Source: Syntrophales bacterium | Lineage (GTDB): Bacteria; Desulfobacterota; Syntrophia; Syntrophales; PHBD01 | Length of the DNA: 64,000 nucleotides | Assembly: GCA_963668175.1 (NCBI GenBank) | Contig: OY764159.1 | Span: 2,848,001-2,912,000, forward strand | Direction of reading: 5' to 3' | The notes under the pieces: generated by a model | What the model was told of the DNA's origin: nothing | Seen by the model: only the letters and a program-made list of their open reading frames with translations | The model's database searches: none | Program-made: the position numbers and the translations under genes | Shown here: one piece after another, positions 61,655-64,000 of the stretch | How the letters are laid out: each line of letters begins with the position of its first letter | Position numbering within the stretch: the stretch's first letter is position 1

Positions 61655-62052
61655 TATGTGTTTATCCCCTTTTTCCCGCAGGTTTATCGCAATGGCATCG
61701 TCCTGCGGCCTGCCGCCGGCATGGTTTCCGGAATAATGAATGTTTTCAGGGGGTCTCCCCTATTGTCATAGTATGCGTACAGGACGATTTACGGCTTCGA
61801 TTTCCCGACGGCGCATGCGATCCTAACACAGTTCAACTTCATGTATTACATGATGAATTGTAAAGAATTGTAACGAATTATCAGGATATGGATTATAACA
61901 GAGATAGAGGTCGTATCCGGGGAGACGGCGGTCCGATCTTTTTTTAACGGTGCGATTGTTAAGAAGGCAGAGATGGTGTATGTTTCGATCCAAACCGAAT
62001 GATGACGTTTCCCGGCTGCGAACGGGCGTCTGCAGGAAAAAGGAGGAAAACG

Positions 62053-62898
62053 ATGGCGGGATTGAAATTGGATGGAAAGGCCCTGGCCGGGCAACTCGAA
62101 CGCGAGCTTTCGGTTCGCGTGGAACGTATCAAAGAGCGTCTCGGCGGGAGGGCTCCCGTCCTGGCGACGATTCTCGTCGGCGACGATCCGGCCTCCGCGA
62201 CCTACGTCCGGATGAAGGGTAACGCCTGTACCCGTGTCGGGATGGAATCCCTGCGGATCGTTCTGCCCGCGGAAACCGCCACCCCGGAATTGCTCGCGGC
62301 AATCGACCGCCTGAACGCGGACGCGGCCGTTCACGGCATCCTCCTCCAGCATCCCGTTCCCCCGGCCATCGACGAGCGCCTCTGCTTCGACCGTATCGAC
62401 ATCTCGAAGGATGTGGACGGCGTGACCTGCCACGGCTTCGGACGGATGGCCATGGGCGAGCCGGCCTACGGATCGGCGACGCCGGCAGGCATCATGCGCC
62501 TGCTTACGCACTATGAGATTCCCCTGGAAGGCAGGCGCGCCGTCGTCGTGGGACGCAGCCCCATCCTGGGCAAACCGATGGCAATGATGCTGCTCAACGC
62601 CCACGCCACGGTGACCGTATGCCATTCCCGGACGAAGGACCTCCCCCTGTTGGTCAGGGAGGCCGACATCGTCGTCGGCGCCGTCGGCAAACCCGAATTC
62701 ATCAAAGGGAGCTGGATCAGGGACGGGGCCGTTGTCGTGGATGCAGGCTATCACCCAGGCAATATCGGCGATATCGAGCTTGCCGCCGTCGTCGATAAGT
62801 GCTCGGCCTATACGCCTGTACCGGGAGGGGTGGGCCCGATGACAATCGCCACGCTCATCGCCCAGACCGTCGAAGCCGCCGAGAAGATCGTGAAGTGA
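62053..62898 (+). CDS. folD: Methylenetetrahydrofolate dehydrogenase/cyclohydrolase
   Basis: [27 protein letters not shown] and [11 protein letters not shown] motifs. AGGAGG RBS. Confidence 0.96.
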   Translation: MAGLKLDGKALAGQLERELSVRVERIKERLGGRAPVLATILVGDDPASATYVRMKGNACTRVGMESLRIVLPAETATPELLAAIDRLNADAAVHGILLQHPVPPAIDERLCFDRIDISKDVDGVTCHGFGRMAMGEPAYGSATPAGIMRLLTHYEIPLEGRRAVVVGRSPILGKPMAMMLLNAHATVTVCHSRTKDLPLLVREADIVVGAVGKPEFIKGSWIRDGAVVVDAGYHPGNIGDIELAAVVDKCSAYTPVPGGVGPMTIATLIAQTVEAAEKIVK

Positions 62899-63007
62899 TT
62901 CCGGCCTGCGCCGCCGTTGCGCGGTCTGTTCCCGGGGGCGTTCAGGCGGGAGGGATGAACGGGCCGCGGCGCATGGCGGAAGAGACTGCACCCGGCCGTA
63001 GCGGACA

Positions 63008-63421
63008 TCAGTATTCGTTGTTGAGGTAGAGCCGGAGCAGAACGTCCAGGGCCCGGCCGAATTTGTCGACATCGACCGATTTGTGCAGATAGCTCGATGC
63101 GCCGGTGTAAAAAGCCGCTTCCTGGTCGGTTTCCAGGGACGACGACGTCAGGATGACGACGGGAATATTCCTAAGCTTTTTGTCGGCCCGTATCTCGCGC
63201 AGCGTGTCGATCCCGCTCATACCCGGCATCTTCAGGTCCAGGAGGATCAGGGCGGGCAGGTTCTCGCCCTGGCGCAGAAGCTTCAGCGCCAGTTCCCCCC
63301 GCGAGGCCGCCTCGACCTTTTCAGGGCGTCCCAACTCCGCCATGACCATTTTGGTGATCTCGACGTCGTCGGGATTGTCGTCCACGATCAGAATGGATTC
63401 ATTGCTGCGCGCGATTTTCAT
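63008..63421 (-). CDS. Single-domain response regulator
   Basis: IVDDNPDD, LLDLKMP and VILTSS motifs. Confidence 0.9.
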   Translation of the reverse strand: MKIARSNESILIVDDNPDDVEITKMVMAELGRPEKVEAASRGELALKLLRQGENLPALILLDLKMPGMSGIDTLREIRADKKLRNIPVVILTSSSLETDQEAAFYTGASSYLHKSVDVDKFGRALDVLLRLYLNNEY

Positions 63422-63803
63422 TATGTCTTAAGGGGAGGCCGACGGAAACCCGTACCTCCTTCTCCTTTTCATGAGGATGAAGATCCGCAAACGTCACGCA
63501 TATCCCATGCATGACGGGTATTCCTTCCCGTATCCCGGTACATCCGCTTACCGGTTCGATTCTGATACTATTTTAAATGATTGTTACCGGAAAACAAGCG
63601 GAATAAATCGCGGGTTTATCGGTAGCCGAACCCTACCCTGCAGCCCTTTACGCCGTTTTCATTATGACAATCCCCGGACGGTCATTCTTTTCCGGGCGCG
63701 GCCATTCAATTTCATCCGCGAGGTTGTTGAGTTGGTCATGCAAGAAACGGCCCGGGGAATGATACGCAGGCCGCATGCATTCCGTCTGCTTCGAACAAAT
63801 CCG

Positions 63804-64000
63804 TTATAACGATGCTTTCTTAAAGCGATTGATCAGGGAATCCAGATCGTTGCCGTATTGATCGATATCGAACGCCTTGTAGAGATAGTCGCTGGCGCCG
63901 GCGTCCATGGCGCTCTTCCTGTCCTCGGGATAGTTGGACGACGTCACAACGGCCACGGGTATTTGCTGAAGCCGCCGGTCCGCCCGGATCTCTTTGAGGC
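63804..64000 (-). CDS. Response regulator, C-terminal part (start outside window)
   Basis: Manual translation LKEIRADRRLQQIPVAVVTSSNYPEDRKSAMDAGASDYLYKAFDIDQY..., paralogous to 63008-63421. Confidence 0.8.
   Translation of the reverse strand, partial: LKEIRADRRLQQIPVAVVTSSNYPEDRKSAMDAGASDYLYKAFDIDQYGNDLDSLINRFKKASL

Overview
GC-rich bacterial chromosomal window, probably from an anaerobic Desulfobacterota/Syntrophales-like organism. That placement is inferred from gene content: several acyl-CoA dehydrogenases, a Tat flavocytochrome c with a multiheme cytochrome, rubrerythrin/PerR and many PAS hybrid kinases. Core genes are hom, apgM, sppA, rpsA, a DUF2889-cmk fusion, bfr and folD. About 13 kb of accessory DNA separates cmk from rpsA. 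The top finding lies in that block and is absent from the ORF track: a 42-codon minus-strand peptide gene (10704-10832) with a strong RBS and two in-frame TGA codons forming a C-x-x-U-x-x-U motif. A hairpin resembling the fdhF SECIS starts 11 nt after the second TGA, and the peptide gene overlaps the start of a radical SAM/SPASM gene. This is a candidate selenocysteine-containing RiPP system. Other findings include a MITE with nested mini-palindromes, duplicated gene fragments around accessory cassettes, three exported caspase-family proteins, an intact/degenerate pair of rubredoxin-fused acyl-CoA dehydrogenases, twin PerR-type boxes, a sigma-28 promoter, a frameshifted regulator and a structured folD leader. 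No rRNA, tRNA, CRISPR array or intact transposase/integrase was seen. All family calls come from motif recognition by eye, not database searches.
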